A DNA stretch of 64,000 bases, taken from assembly GCA_051294375.1 (NCBI GenBank), contig CM119268.1, positions 10,423,607-10,487,606 on the forward strand. Reading direction: 5' to 3'. The position numbers and the translations under genes are program-made. Source of the DNA: Paraspadella gotoi (lineage: Eukaryota; Animalia; Chaetognatha). Of this stretch, positions 1 to 12,803 are shown piece after piece (within the stretch, counting starts at the first letter, position 1; every line of letters starts with the position of its first letter). The notes below the pieces were generated by a model. It had not been told where the DNA came from and searched no databases. It saw only the letters and a program-made list of their open reading frames with translations.

Positions 1-767
1 CCTTACCGTCGTCAGCATTTTCTAGTCTGTGTACTCCTTTGGATAGACTCATTTATTAAACTCTTGAAATTCGTGACGTCTCTGATTATATTTTATTTAA
101 ATTTACTTTTCATTGCTTTAAAATTTGTGTTATGATTTAAATTATTTTGGCTACCTACATTTTTAGTTCAACTAAAAAAAAATTATTTCCTGGGAAAATA
201 GTGATATAGAAAAAAGATGCAATGACTAATGTTATCGATAGCATTAAATCAAAACTTAACACAACTTGGCCCAATATTTTTGATGATATTGCTAACTGTT
301 GTCCTTTGCCCGATTAGTTTTGTATATTGAAAGGCCCATTTCTGGAGAGTGGGGTAGGGACGTAAAAGGATGAGGGAATTTTTTATTTAAATAATAATTT
401 CACAAGGAGTCCTGGCGCGATAATTTCAATTTGTAAATTTTTAACAAGAGAAAGATAACGAAAATTATTAGCAAGTCAATTTTGTAAAGTTTATAAAAGA
501 GTCGCAATAAATTTACATTTATTTTCAGAATGTAAAATATTGTATTTCTAATTTACTCTAAGGACAAGAACAAAAAAACCAAGCCTTGTATTAATTGCTT
601 ACACTCATTTTCATTAATATTTTATATAAATCTTAATCCTAAACTTGATTATGGATTGATGCAGTTTTGAAGCTAACGAGGCGAGGAAGAACATTGAAAG
701 CAGAAATTATGAGAAATAAATTATTTTAAGTTTTGAATACGTATTTGTTTTGAAATGAATGTTTTGA

Positions 768-1121
768 TATGAAATATAAAAATTATCCATTCATTTAATT
801 AATAAGCTACTATGGCAACAGCCGGGTTTCCTGTGATGCCCATTGGGATGGGGCATCTCACTGTTGGCTTTGGGGGCTCCCGACCCTCAGTGACGCCTCC
901 TGTCACTGGCGCGGTTACCCTAGGACGGTCTCGCTTTGCCAACGCCGAGGGAAGTCGTTCGGTCTGTGGATGGAACACAACGCTTGCGATGGTGTGTTCA
1001 CCCTCTGGTATTGGCTGAACATTGGTGGACGTGAGGCGGTGTGAATATACCGCCACACTACCTTACAAAATAATTACATAGCAGGTCGATACAAGCTTTC
1101 AATGAAGACTCTGTCTCGTTA
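768..1121 (-). repeat. Inverted, diverged copy of the ~230-bp dispersed repeat with a ~250-bp GC-rich central segment
   Basis: 768-810 (tatgaaatataaaaattatccattcatttaa..aataagcta) and 1063-1121 (ttacaaaataattacatagcaggtc..caagctttcaatgaagactct) match the reverse complement of the repeat at 31900-32109 and its other copies. Confidence 0.8.
811..1060. ncRNA. Candidate structured RNA, island A (unclassified)
   Basis: GC-rich island with hairpins gatgccc/gggcatc, cagtgac/gtcactg, gaacaca/tgtgttc, gccaa..gaggg/ccctc..ttggc and ggcggt/accgcc. Shares ordered motifs with 6655-6835 and 34535-34750. Confidence 0.4.
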
Positions 1122-1296
1122 TATAGTATTCTTAGCGGGGCCACAAACTGAAATCATTTACCCCCCCAAAAAAACAAAAAAAATTTATGAGAATTTATTT
1201 TAAACATTTTGGCTGTTGCCTATAAAATAAATAAAAAATAAAGCGTTCTCGGCTAACATTGACATGGGAACATAACAGTGAGACTAAGTTCGGCTT

Positions 1297-2633
1297 TTAC
1301 TCGGTTCTCGCCCCTTTTGTGGAGAGGTCCAAAGGTAAAGCCTCCGTTCTTTCGTTGGAAGCGCTCAGATCCACCGGTTGCTCTTCATCTTTTTGCTCAT
1401 CATTGACGACTTTCACCCGATCTGGGTCTTGAACCCCATCGTCATCTACTTTCCTTAACGTTGGTTTAAGAATGAAGTTTTTGTCGATTCCGTGTATGCG
1501 CCGGGCGTGTTGCCTTGCGTTGGAGGGGTTGCTGCACACCTTGTCACAAATCGGGCAGATTGTAAGGCGCTTTTCGTATGGGACGTTGTCGCTAATCGGG
1601 TTAACCTGTAAAATTCAAACGAGTTTATAAAAAAAAAGTAATTAAGATAATTTGTTTTTATTTTTTGTATCAGCTTTTTGGAATCAAAGTTTCTACTATT
1701 TCCTTTTGATGACTGTTCAAATCTATTTACCTTCTTGAACGAGAATCGTGCTTTCATTTTCCATACATCCATCCTCCGATCGTTCATGTCTTTTAAGACA
1801 TTTTCGGACCGTTTTCTTTTAGATACGCCATTTGCCACTTTTATCGCCGTCGCCTCCATAAGACGTTCCTCCAGCTGAGCCTTTTCACCGTGCATGCGGC
1901 GGGCGTGTTGGCGTAGATTTGATGGATTACTGCATACCCTTTCACAAAACGGACACTTGGTGGCACGCTTTTCGTACGGGATTTTTTCCCCGAAAGAAAC
2001 GTCTTCAACATCGACGATCTCGTTCTCTGTATCGACGTCAGGGTTATTTCGTTCCGCTTGCCCGTTCTCTTCGGTCACAGATTTCTCTCCTCCGATCAAG
2101 GTTCCTTTTTCCGCCGCCTGCTCCGGTTGGAATGGCACGAGGGATTTAGCTTTCTCGTGACCGCCCATTAGCGAATAAGTCGGAGATAATTCCGAGTCCG
2201 CCTTGACACCTTCGTTATGTAAAGGTAAAATGGTGTAGCCTTGCAGAGGAAGAAGCCCATGGGCATTGTGGCCTAAGGAATTTTGATGCGAGACGTCGGC
2301 GATGCTCATGGGACAAAGGATCCTGCCCGCTTCGCTCTGCTCCGGCGACTGGATGATGAATCGTGCCGGTTGGACGAGCACGCTCTGCATAGGCGGTGGT
2401 CGCGCGTTGCCAAATGGTGCCGTGTTGTAAAAGGAAAACTGGAGACAAGTTTATAAAGAAAGAGAGGTTCCCATCCATTAGGCGACAGTGTTTTAAAAAC
2501 CAAAACTTACGTTCGGGATATGTCCAATGTGTTGCACCGGTTGGATTTGGTTGGCCATTGACGCATACTGGTTGTTGCTGTAGTTAGCGGAGAAAACGCT
2601 GCCGAAAGGATAAGGTCCGATTGGCGGTTCCAT
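1297..2633 (-). CDS. C2H2 zinc-finger protein with two PxDLS (CtBP-binding) motifs, 3 exons
   Basis: Exons ~2633-2511, 2438-1731 and 1605-1297 join in frame at GT-AG sites. Fingers CPFCERVCSNPSNLRQHARRMH and CPICDKVCSNPSNARQHARRIH; C-terminal PVDLS and PLDLS. Confidence 0.8.
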
Positions 2634-3364
2634 AATTTTACCAGAGGAGACAGTAAAAAAATTTAGATGAAAAATAGTTTTTTCGTTATTCGCAACAAAA
2701 ATCGGGATTTCTGTTGTGAAAAACGCGGAGAACCTGTCGCAAGTGAGCTCTTCGATATTCAATGACAGAAGAGGTAAAAAATGCGACTCTTTTGGTGGGA
2801 GATAGTTCAACAGAATGACGGCGATTTGAGAACAATTAAACGGTCACCGATTTTTGTCGGTTTCGCTTTTTTTTTTGTTTTCACCATCGATGAAGACTGA
2901 CCGGAAAGTGGTGGAAGACATTGACTGAATAAACACCGGCCGAGGTGACCTTAAAAAGCGCTAATCAGTTAGCTTAAAGATACGGGTTGTTTCGAAGAAT
3001 GTTTACTGGTTTACCTAATTTTAAATAGATTTTTTCTCTGAAAGGATTTCTGTACTGTATCATCTTATAATATTTAATGTTGATCTTTATTTGTTCTTTT
3101 AACTCCCTTATAATTTTTTGTCTTGGAGCCGAATTGGTATAATTGCTCGCCCACCGATGTTTTCACCTCAATGTTTTGAGGTCATATCTAGTGGTCTATT
3201 GTTGGGTGGTCGGACGCACTCAAAGGGTTCAACTACATCGAGACGGACGTATTGTTCTTTGTTCTTTATTTTTTTCGTCTATTCATCGCTTTCTCTCGAT
3301 GATCACTGCATTGTACGAAACAACGCTTTTGCGAAGCCCTACTCCAATCAATTGATCCCTTCGT

Positions 3365-3369
<5 letters not shown>

Positions 3370-3455
<86 letters not shown>
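3370..3455. repeat. (CT)n microsatellite
   Basis: Uninterrupted tc run ending ~35 bp before the ATG at 3491, between two divergently oriented genes. Confidence 0.97.
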
Positions 3456-3457
<2 letters not shown>

Positions 3458-3490
3458 AACCGGTAAAAAGAAATTATAGAAACAAATAAA

Positions 3491-6400
3491 ATGCCACTGA
3501 CAGCTTATCGGGACGAGTGTTTATCAAGTTCTGCATTCGTTCCTGAAACCGTCCCTTCTCTTCTCGCGTCCCCACCAAACAATCAACCTCTAAATTACCC
3601 AGAACAGCGTCGTCATCGACGCCCGAACCCGGCGTTGAGTCGAGTTTTGCCACAGGCGCCTCCGGATCTTCGCGCCGCCTCCAGGCACTTTCGGCGCCTC
3701 GATTTTCTATGCGACGTTACGCTCGTCTTTAATGAAGACGACGACAGTGAAGATGGTGATAGAGAGTCTCCGCCGGAGACGATGAGGGGTAGGTTTTCCG
3801 AGAAAAATGAGAGAAGACGATCATTCGGAATTTTGATAGATGATTTTAAATGTTAAGAGCTCGTTATACTAGCCTCCTGCACTCTAGTAAGACATCGCCA
3901 TAGACACGTGTCGTTATGGACTTTATAGTTTGTCGCTTATAAAAAGTTGTTGATTAGGCTTTTCCCAAATGTTCTTTGGAACGAACAATAAGTCATTAAT
4001 TTGCTTTTAGCGCACAAGCTCATTCTCGGGGCCAGTTCGACTTACTTCTACGAAGTCTTCGGCAAAGTATCGTCTTCCGGTAGTTTGAAGCTGTGGTTAC
4101 CGCCGCCAATTCTGCGTCGCGACATGGAATTTATTCTCGATTGGATGTACGGGGTTGACGTGATCGACGAACTTTTGGAGATGGAAGTCGGTACGCGATA
4201 TTATGTACGTCGTATTTAGAGTCGCTAAAGTTAATAAAGTTATCAAATAAGATGTCGTAACAGAGGGCTTGACTCCCTGAATTAACTAAAACTGTTTCCT
4301 CAGGGGCATTACGTCATCTCATAGAGGCTGCCGACGTTCTGCAGCTAACAAGTTTCGTTCAATCTTTACAATCTGTCATCGACCGTGTGTGTGGGTCGGC
4401 GTTGGTGAGTTGAATAGGATTTGGAGTTCGTAAGGATTAAGTAAAAATGTTCTAGCGTTAATGTTAAAAACTTTCTTGCTTTGGCAGCCCGATTCCTTCT
4501 GCGGTCCTCTCTTCGATCCGAGCGACTCTATGGCCGCGACCGGCGACGAGACTCCAATTAAGACAGAAGTCGAATCCGAATTCTTCGATGTTCTCGCACC
4601 ATCCCAAAATCCTAAAGTTCGTCCGCAGCGGAAGAGAAAACTGGATCCGTGCCTCGCGGAACTCTCGCGCGCCGTCACGAAGAATATACCGAAACGATCG
4701 AAATGTCAAAGCGAAGATTCGTCAGGGGAAATCGAGAGAAGAAAATACACCTCAACGGCTGATGGCCTGTATCGTTGTTTCGATTGCAAAAAAACATTTT
4801 CGCGTCTTTCTTCGCTCAAGTTCCATCGGGTAGTCGCTCACAACGACAACGCCGACGACTTGTACGTGACAGCATTCAAAAAGCAGAAGACACCAGCGGC
4901 AATCCCTCAGTCCCAAAGGCCTTCTTCGAGACGGCCGACGTCGCTACCGTCACGTAAGAGTTTTTCGTCAGAACCTTCCGATGAGCCTCTAACTTGGCCG
5001 GAACTCCCGGAGTTCAAATCGACGCCACCGCCCTCCTCCCCACTCCTCCAATCAGCATTAGAGCCTTTTGAAGAGGAACCCAAACCTGATTTGGAGACTC
5101 TAATGCGCTCTCTTTGCGCTAGGGAGCTCGCCGTTTCCGCCGGGGACTTTTATTGTTGCTATTGCCCAACGGCGATCAAGGGGGGAAAGTTGGTTTGCGA
5201 AGCGGTAGCCAAGCATATGTACCGAGCTCACGGGATCCTCTGTCGACCTTACGCGCTGCCGTGCGAGGATTGCAACTACGTCTCGTGGAATAAGAGCCTC
5301 GCACATCACTTGCGAACCGAGTCTTGCAAATTCTACTCAAAGGAGGTCGCCAGACCCAAATTCGATTACGTCATGTTCAGGTTAGAAGATTTCCTCAGTT
5401 TCGTAGAGATGGGGTTGTGGTAAATTATTAAATCATATAAATTTACATTGATTTCTCGTTTCAGGGGCAAGTCCATCCGCTTAAGCTCTCTCCGAGTTGA
5501 TTATACTTTTCTCACGATGAAAAGAGACGGGGAATGGGAGTGTCCGGAACCCAGTTGCTCTTTTTCCCTCCACAAAGAGAGCTTCGTGAATTCTTCTCTT
5601 ATATCTCGCAACGCCGCGGCGCATATGTTGGAGGAACATCTGCATTTGCTTGAGTTCTACGCCTGCTTTTGCTACCTTTGCCCGGTCGTCACCTTCGCGC
5701 AAGCATCGCTTAATCAGCACATTTCCTCTCACGCCAAAACGGTGGAGCGCGAGGAAATGGAGGCGGAGCATAAGCAACGTCTTAAAGGTCTAGCCGAGAC
5801 ATCGGAAGCTGTGGCGTCCAACCAAACAGAGGAGTCAACTTCTCCGCCACGGTTGGATACGGATTGCTTCGAAGTCGCGACGGCGTCGGCGACAACGACC
5901 GTAACGGCCACGATCGCGCCGACCGAAGTCTCCCTCGCGGCTTCGAAGAATTCGTCATCATCCGACGCCCCGAACCTCATTTCGACCGACTCCACTGCGA
6001 ACGAAAAAATTATAAGTATGTCGCGAAATAAGCAGTTTTCGACGGTTGTCGTCGATGCTGAAGTCGTTGGGATAAACGACATTGGGAAGGATCCGATATT
6101 TCAGTCTCAAGAAGTTGCGTCGGTACCGACCCTTTCGCAGAATACTGCGGTTTCTCGACATTACGAGGTTCCAGCGGTTACCGTTGATGGTAATGCGACG
6201 AGATCTGTAATTAACGGCACTATGATGATAAGTGGGGCGAAAACGTCTAATTTATCGATCCAGTCTACCTCGTCAGTCATTGCCTCGAACCAAACTGGAA
6301 TCTCTTCTTCGAATCAATCGGGGACTTTTCAACGATTTTTTAAAGACCAGTCGATGAAATCCACTCCATCGGAGGATTTCACGCCGAGCAAAAGAACCGC

Positions 6401-7764
6401 GCCGATGGCGTCTGATAAAACGGAGCGCACCATGGATCTGAATCAGGCGGCGCTCACCATAACCAAGGCGTTGGCCGAGAAAAAAGGAAAAGCCGTAGAG
6501 GATTCGGAAGAAGTCAACGTCGCTATACAAAGGTTTGTTTTTGGGAATACCTTCGTCCTTATCTGTGGAATCTGACATTTTATGTCCGACCAAAATTGAG
6601 CTCTTTGATGGTCAATTGTTAATCATCGTTGGTCATCGTTGGTTTTAAATGTTCTGTTAGGGGGCAAATTTTGCGTACCCCCTAAAACGGGTAATGATGA
6701 GTGTGGGGTGACCAAAGGAGTGTCACTAAAAGTCAAGGCGTGGCAGAAGGTCTCGCTCCAACCAGGGAATGATTGATCACGGGCGGTCGTGCATTGACAG
6801 TGCACCCTGGAATCTACACTGTAATAGATCAGAAGAGAAACACAATGATCAAGAACCACAAAACCTATCAGTAACCCAACACCTCTCCTATAATCATTAA
6901 TAACTGGATAGCTGAAAAGGAAAGACCTTGAATAACAAATTTCAATCAATGAATAATAAATGAATAGACACGTGGTGAAATGTTTTACTTGTCAATGAAT
7001 TAATATTCAAATGAATAAAAGTCCGATGATGAATCTTCACGAAAGTTTCTTCCCGACAGTTCAACCTTCTTTTAAAATTTTCAGTTTAATTCTGTCGTTG
7101 GCGGAAAGCGGTGTGGTGCCTAATCGAACGGAGGCCATCGATGACGAGATGATGCAAATTGAAGTAGATTCCCCTGGTCATCCATCGGTCCTTTTGCAGG
7201 TTAATTTTTATCCACGCGAGAATCCTATTTAATTCTATCTTGAGCAGTCGTATAAGTTGTTTTTTTTCTCAGCTTCCGGTTGCTGCTCTTAACCACGCCG
7301 CATCTAAATTAAATTCGACCTCGTCATCTCTTTCATCGTTAACCACAACTGCGACAAATATTCCCGTTCCCATCGTCAGTTCACCAAAGAATTTCAGTTG
7401 GCAGCAACAACGCGGATCATTGCCAAACGGACGCCTCTCTCTTGGCGCTTCCCGCGTTCCCGATCCCCTTTCTACATCTTCAGTAGTTGCTAAGCCCTCG
7501 ACGACTTGTTCGGTGCCAGCAATTCTTCCCAAACCATCCTCTCCATCCTTCGCCATTCCTTTCGTGGTTCCGTTGAAATCCCCACTCAAGAATCAGAAGT
7601 CGATGACGGGATCACTTTTGGGAAACGCGGACGATGGGTTGACTCTTATTACGTCGAACGGACCGATCAGGCTTCCTCCAGGCACGCGACAGTTTGAGGG
7701 ACCCGATGGCGATCTTCAATTGCAGCTTCCACCCGGACACTCTCTTGCAGACATTGGATTGTAA
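3491..7764 (+). CDS. BTB/POZ domain C2H2 zinc-finger protein (multi-exon)
   Basis: BTB motifs FLCDVTLVF, AHKLILGASSTYFYEVF, ILDWMY and LIEAADVLQL; fingers YRCFDCKKTFSRLSSLKFHRVVAH, CCYC..HMYRAH, CPEPSC..HMLEEH and CYLC..LNQHISSH; GT-AG introns; stop at 7762-7764. Confidence 0.8.
6655..6835 (+). ncRNA. Candidate structured RNA, island B, in a BTB-ZF intron (6533-7084)
   Basis: Hairpins ttaggggg/ccccctaa, gtgac/gtcac, ccaggg/ccctgg, gtgca/tgcac and atcta/tagat. Shares GA.GGTCTCGCT..CCAAC..AGGGAA..ACCCT with island A. Confidence 0.4.
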
Positions 7765-8087
7765 GATATTTTTTATTTTATACTAAATTTCGAGCTCACA
7801 TTTTTTTTTCAGTTTAGAATTTAGCTATTATAGAATCATGTAAATACTTTAAATCGTTAATTACTCATCATGGTTTAGTAATTTTTGTTTTGCATAATTT
7901 GCAGTCTACCATTGTTCCTCATTTTGCTTGTTATAGTGCTTAAAACAAACTCATACTTACTGATTTGTCACCAGAAACATCATTTTGTGATAGCCGTATT
8001 TGTTGCCCCCGAAAGAGGTCGCTTAAAATAAATAAGCCTCAATTTCGACCCCACGAGTCATTCCACTCTCAATTCCCTCGCTCCGTG

Positions 8088-9864
8088 ATGCGGAAAGGAC
8101 GCAAGAACGGAAAATCAAACTCGAACAACGGACGTAAGAACGGTTCGACGCCGGTCGCTACGACTCCGCCATCGGGACCTCTCCCCGACGGCGTCATCGG
8201 CGAGCTGCGTCGCATCAAGGGACGGCGCTCAATTCACCTCTCCGTCGAAGAGGCGGAAGACGCGCGCCGGCGAGTCAGCGTCGAGGTCAACGGTGACGTT
8301 TCCAAGATGGCGACGGATTCGCCTCGCCGCGGGGGGCGCCGGAAACGAGGCCGGCGTCGAAGTAGCGCCACTTCGGGCGATGGAGACGAAAGAATAAAGG
8401 CCGAACAAAACAGTCTCGTTTTGTGGCGCCGCCCCGACAAGACTCTCTACTATTTCGCTCTTGAGGCGACGGCGCTGGTTGCCGACTACGCCAAAAGGCT
8501 CATCAAAAACTGGAAGATTTTTCTGCCGCTGCTTTTGGCGGTTACGAGTTTGTATGGACTCACCCTGGTGGAGGGTCCTCATCAGAAGTACCTGGACTCA
8601 ATAAAGAAAGAGGCGGTGTGGTGTGCCTACTGGGTAGGGTTAGGTAAGCTAATTTCCATCTAGGAAAATGATTTTATCAGTAATGTGTATTAAATTTTTG
8701 ACTCCCATTTCAAATCTAGGAATCCTTTCATCAGTGGGTCTTGGTACCGGTCTCCACACTTTCCTTCTCTACCTCGGCCCTCACATCGCTCGAGTCACCT
8801 TGGCAGCCTACGAGTGTGGCACAACTGCCTTTCCCGAACCGCCTTACCCATCGACCATAGAGTGCCCGCCGTCACCCGACCCTGCCGTCAACCCAGCAGC
8901 CGCTACCGTCGCCTCAGTCAGTGTTACTCTGTGGTCAATCATGTCCAAAGTCCGTGTTGAGGCTTTCATGTGGGGCGCTGGGACGGCGATCGGAGAACTG
9001 CCTCCCTACTTCATGGCCCGCGCGGCCAGGCTTTCCGGAAAGGCGATTGAGGACGAGGAATACGAGGAATTGGAGGAACTGTTGCAGGTCTTACTCTGAA
9101 CAGGATAAGGGCCGATGAATTTCTCGTTAATCCCACTTTTTTCCTTCACTCATACTTACAGGAAAAAGAAACTTGTCCCTCATCATTGTCGCTTTTCGAT
9201 CGAGCCAAACTCTTTGTTCACTCGCTCATCAACCGCGTAGGATTTTTCGGTATTCTCGCCTGCGCCTCAATCCCCAATCCGCTGTTCGACTTAGCAGGGA
9301 TTACTTGCGGCCATTTTCTCGTCCCGTTCTGGACTTTTTTCGGCGCGACGTTGATCGGCAAGGCTATTATCAAGATGCATATTCAACAGGTTTCTAGTTG
9401 TTGAAAATATTTCGAATGTTTTTCGTTTGGTGTCTTTACAATCGGTTTTGGTTAACTCGATAGGTTTTCGTCATTTTCCTTTTCACAAAACAAACGGTCG
9501 AGGCTGCCATCGATCTCATCAGCCGCGTTCCGAAAATTGGTATCAAGGTCAGTACTTCCTATTCATTTTATAATTTTGTGTAGCACGTTTTCTATAACAA
9601 AAAATAAATACTTTTATAACTCAAGATTTCTTCACATAACAGTTGCAGCAACCACTGGCTCAATTTCTGGAGAGTCAAAAATCGAAGCTACATCGGACAT
9701 CTGCAAGTGAGCCCTCGTCTGCGTCGCCGAAAGAAAGCATTCTGGGGTGGCTACTGGAGAAACTGGTGTTGTTAATGGTTGCCTACTTCGTTATCTCCAT
9801 CGTTAACTCGATGGCGCAAAGTTATTACAAGCGACGCCAGAAGGCGAAGAGGGAGAAAATATGA
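8088..9864 (+). CDS. VMP1: Vacuole membrane protein 1 (TMEM49), 5 exons
   Basis: Signature segments [51 protein letters not shown] and [41 protein letters not shown]. Confidence 0.95.
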
Positions 9865-10392
9865 CTTTTATTTGAAGGTTAGAAATGTATCTTTTTGTAG
9901 AATAAAACCTGCAGTTAGTTCCATTAGTTTTCAGACTAGATTTGATTTGGTTAATTAAACAAGTTCCCGTAAGCAGGAACAACGCCCTGATAATAATCTA
10001 GGAAAAATCATTTGCATATACAAGCGATAAATTTTCGTCACCCTTTATCATACCTAGGATTGCTACCGAGAACTTACTACTCCTCAGTCCTCACCACTTT
10101 CCCCCTTTTTAATTCCAGTTTAATAAACGGAAGGCCGAGTATTTTAATAGCTATTCTTTTTTAAAACTCTCTCTTTGACTTTATTACGTATGTTGGTAAA
10201 CGGTTTTGTTTAACGAAATATTAAATTATTTTTCTATTTTTTTATATTTCTTGTCATTCATACATTCACACCAAAAAATAATATAAAGTTCCTTTATCGA
10301 AAAATGCAATCAAGTTGCGCTGAAACGAATATAAACTATTGCAGAGCGACGATATTCACCCTAAAAGAAACTTAACTAGAATTAAAACTAGC

Positions 10393-11444
10393 ATGATGGA
10401 GTCGGTAAGACCTGGCGAGATGATCCTTCTTCTTTGGAGCGGGACGGAGCAGATAGAGGCATTGCGTCCCGAGGTGGAGCGAATAAACGCCAAAGTGGCC
10501 AGCGCAAAGCTCAACGTCGAAAACGCCGAACGTCTCTTGCTCTCGAGACACGGCGCCTCCAAGTTTGACGCGGCATTCTCGTCGTTGGCGCCGCCTTTCG
10601 CGATGACGCACTCGGACGAGGTGTTGGCGGAAGTGGCCAGAGTGCTTAAACCCGGAGGAAGATTCACGCTCGCCGTAAGAGTGCCTTTTCGCTTTAAAGT
10701 TATGCGTTTCATCCCTTCCAAACATTTTCTTTGTTTCTAGGAAAGCATTCCTTCTCCAGCCCGTCCAACCACCGACTTTCTACTTAGTGCTCTCAAGCTC
10801 GCCGGCTTTGTGAGCGCAACTGTCCCCACGGAGGGAACGACTTCTGGCGCTGTGTTTGTCGAGTGCCAGAAGCCGGATTTCGAGGTCGGCGCTTCTACGG
10901 CTCTCAAGTTAGTTGCTAAGAAGAAAGATCAGCAGATAAACAAAGGTGATCCATGAAGAATAATCCTATACGTAAAATAAGTCCCGGTAACATGAGAATG
11001 GCTTAATTAGCAGCGTCAGATTCGAAGCCTCGCGTGTGGACTCTCGACGCGCTCGACGCCGACGACGACGACCTAATGGACCCCGATTCGTTGATCGACG
11101 ACGTTGATTTCGTCAAGCCCGACCCACTATCGCTTAAATACGACTGTGGAGCGAACAAGGCCGGAAAGAAAAAGGCCTGCAAAAACTGCGTGTGTGGCCT
11201 GGCCGAGGAGTTGGAAGCAGGCATAAATATTGGTTGGACAATTTTATTTTATTTAATCGCTTATTAATCGGAGGATTTGTATTCAGGCAAACCGGTGACG
11301 ACGCGATCGGCGACTTCGGCTTGCGGCAGCTGCTACCTCGGGGACGCTTTTCGCTGCGCCTCCTGCCCTTACCTCGGGATGCCGGCGTTTAAGCCGGGTG
11401 AAAAGATTCAACTGACAGACAGACAGTTGAAGGGCGACGCGTGA
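10393..11444 (+). CDS. CIAPIN1: Anamorsin / Dre2 Fe-S assembly protein, 4 exons
   Basis: N-terminal methyltransferase-like segment ([12 protein letters not shown]); C-terminal [15 protein letters not shown] and [30 protein letters not shown]. The last intron is GC-AG (11221-11286). Confidence 0.95.
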
Positions 11445-11723
11445 AAAAAACTGTTTTTCTTCTTTGCCCACATTTGCCCAATCGTGCCAGTCTTCACTTG
11501 GCGAAGGAAAGATTCTCTGTCGAATGTCGATGATCTTCATCGATCATTAATCTCCGCCGGGGAAGGAGGGCGGGGCATTGCATTTTTATTTTTTGCTGAC
11601 TTGATTGTGTTGGGCTAATAACGATAATTTTGAAATTTTTAATTGAATTCCTCGATTTTCCCCTCCCATACATATACAGATTTTCTTTTAAATTGAGCGA
11701 AATTTTTTTTTCTGTAACTGAGA

Positions 11724-12394
11724 ATGAAGCTGAATCCGTTCGTGTCTTCGTCCAGACGGAAGAACAGGTTTGATTAAACGCTTAAACTGCTGTCGGAGGA
11801 TAAAATCCTAAAAAAAATATATTTCACACAGGCGCCGTCACTTCCAAGCGCCTTCACACATCCGACGCAAGATCATGAGCGCCCCCTTATCTAAAGACCT
11901 TAGACAAAAGTACAACGTGCGAAGCATGCCCGTTAGGAAAGACGACGAGGTCATCGTCACCCGTGGCCACTACAAGGGTCAACAGACGGGGAAAGTCATG
12001 CAGGTTGATCGTTAGAATCGTTAGAATGCGGGTTGTGACACTAATTTCGAGCGGCAGATCAAAAACCCGGACTTCATATTTAGGTTTATCGTAAAAAGTA
12101 CGTCATTTATATTGAAAGAATTCAAAGAGAAAAGGCGAACGGCGCAACTGTCCAGGTAACAACGGATTTAAAGCTTTTTTAAAAGCTAAGAAATAGCAAT
12201 AGTGGGCTCTTTTATAACTTTTCGGTTTTTTATTTTTCTCTCAGGTGGGCATCCATCCCTCCAACGTGCAGATTGTCAAATTGAAGCTGGACAAGGATCG
12301 CAAGAAGATCTTGGACCGACGAGCCAAGGCCAAGTTGGAGGCGATGGCAAAGGCCAAGGGGAAGTACGAGGAGGAGACCATGGAAACGGCATGA
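11724..12394 (+). CDS. RPL26: 60S ribosomal protein L26 (uL24), 4 exons
   Basis: [55 protein letters not shown]../[32 protein letters not shown]; a pyrimidine run lies just upstream. Confidence 0.97.
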
Positions 12395-12803
12395 GACGCA
12401 AAGTGAATCGGACGTTGCCACCATCTACTGGATTCTTAATCAATCCGCTTCATTCAAAAATTTAGTCAATTTTTGAAAGTTTTTTAAATCGTAAAAAAAT
12501 TGAATTGAGTTTAAATTCAAATGTTACCAGTTTCGACCATTAAAATTGTTTCTCTTTCTTCAGTGTAAATAGTTCGAAAGAAAGCAACTATTTGAAAACA
12601 AATTAAAAACGAAACTAGTCAACTTTGCCGTTTTTATTTATTAAAACAAAACTCGCATTCCATGACAAAAGAACACACAAAAAACAAAAACTGCAAATAA
12701 AACCTACTTCTATAAAAACAAACACCAATAATACCCGTTTTATTCACTATTCTATCCTATTTTCTTCCCTAATCTTTATCCATCCTCCACCTCCAAATAA
12801 ATT

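Noticed and set aside
799-1056. 85-aa and 68-aa ORFs over island A
   Set aside because: No recognisable motif; they are explained by GC-rich sequence inside a repeat copy.
3118-3489. 123-aa ORF with poly-SL
   Set aside because: It is a translation of the (CT)n microsatellite.
6655-6835. Island B as U1 snRNA, C/D snoRNA or telomerase RNA
   Set aside because: It has isolated motifs (GATCACG, ATGATGA, CCCTAA) but no ACTTACCTG, Sm site, D box or 1.5-repeat template.
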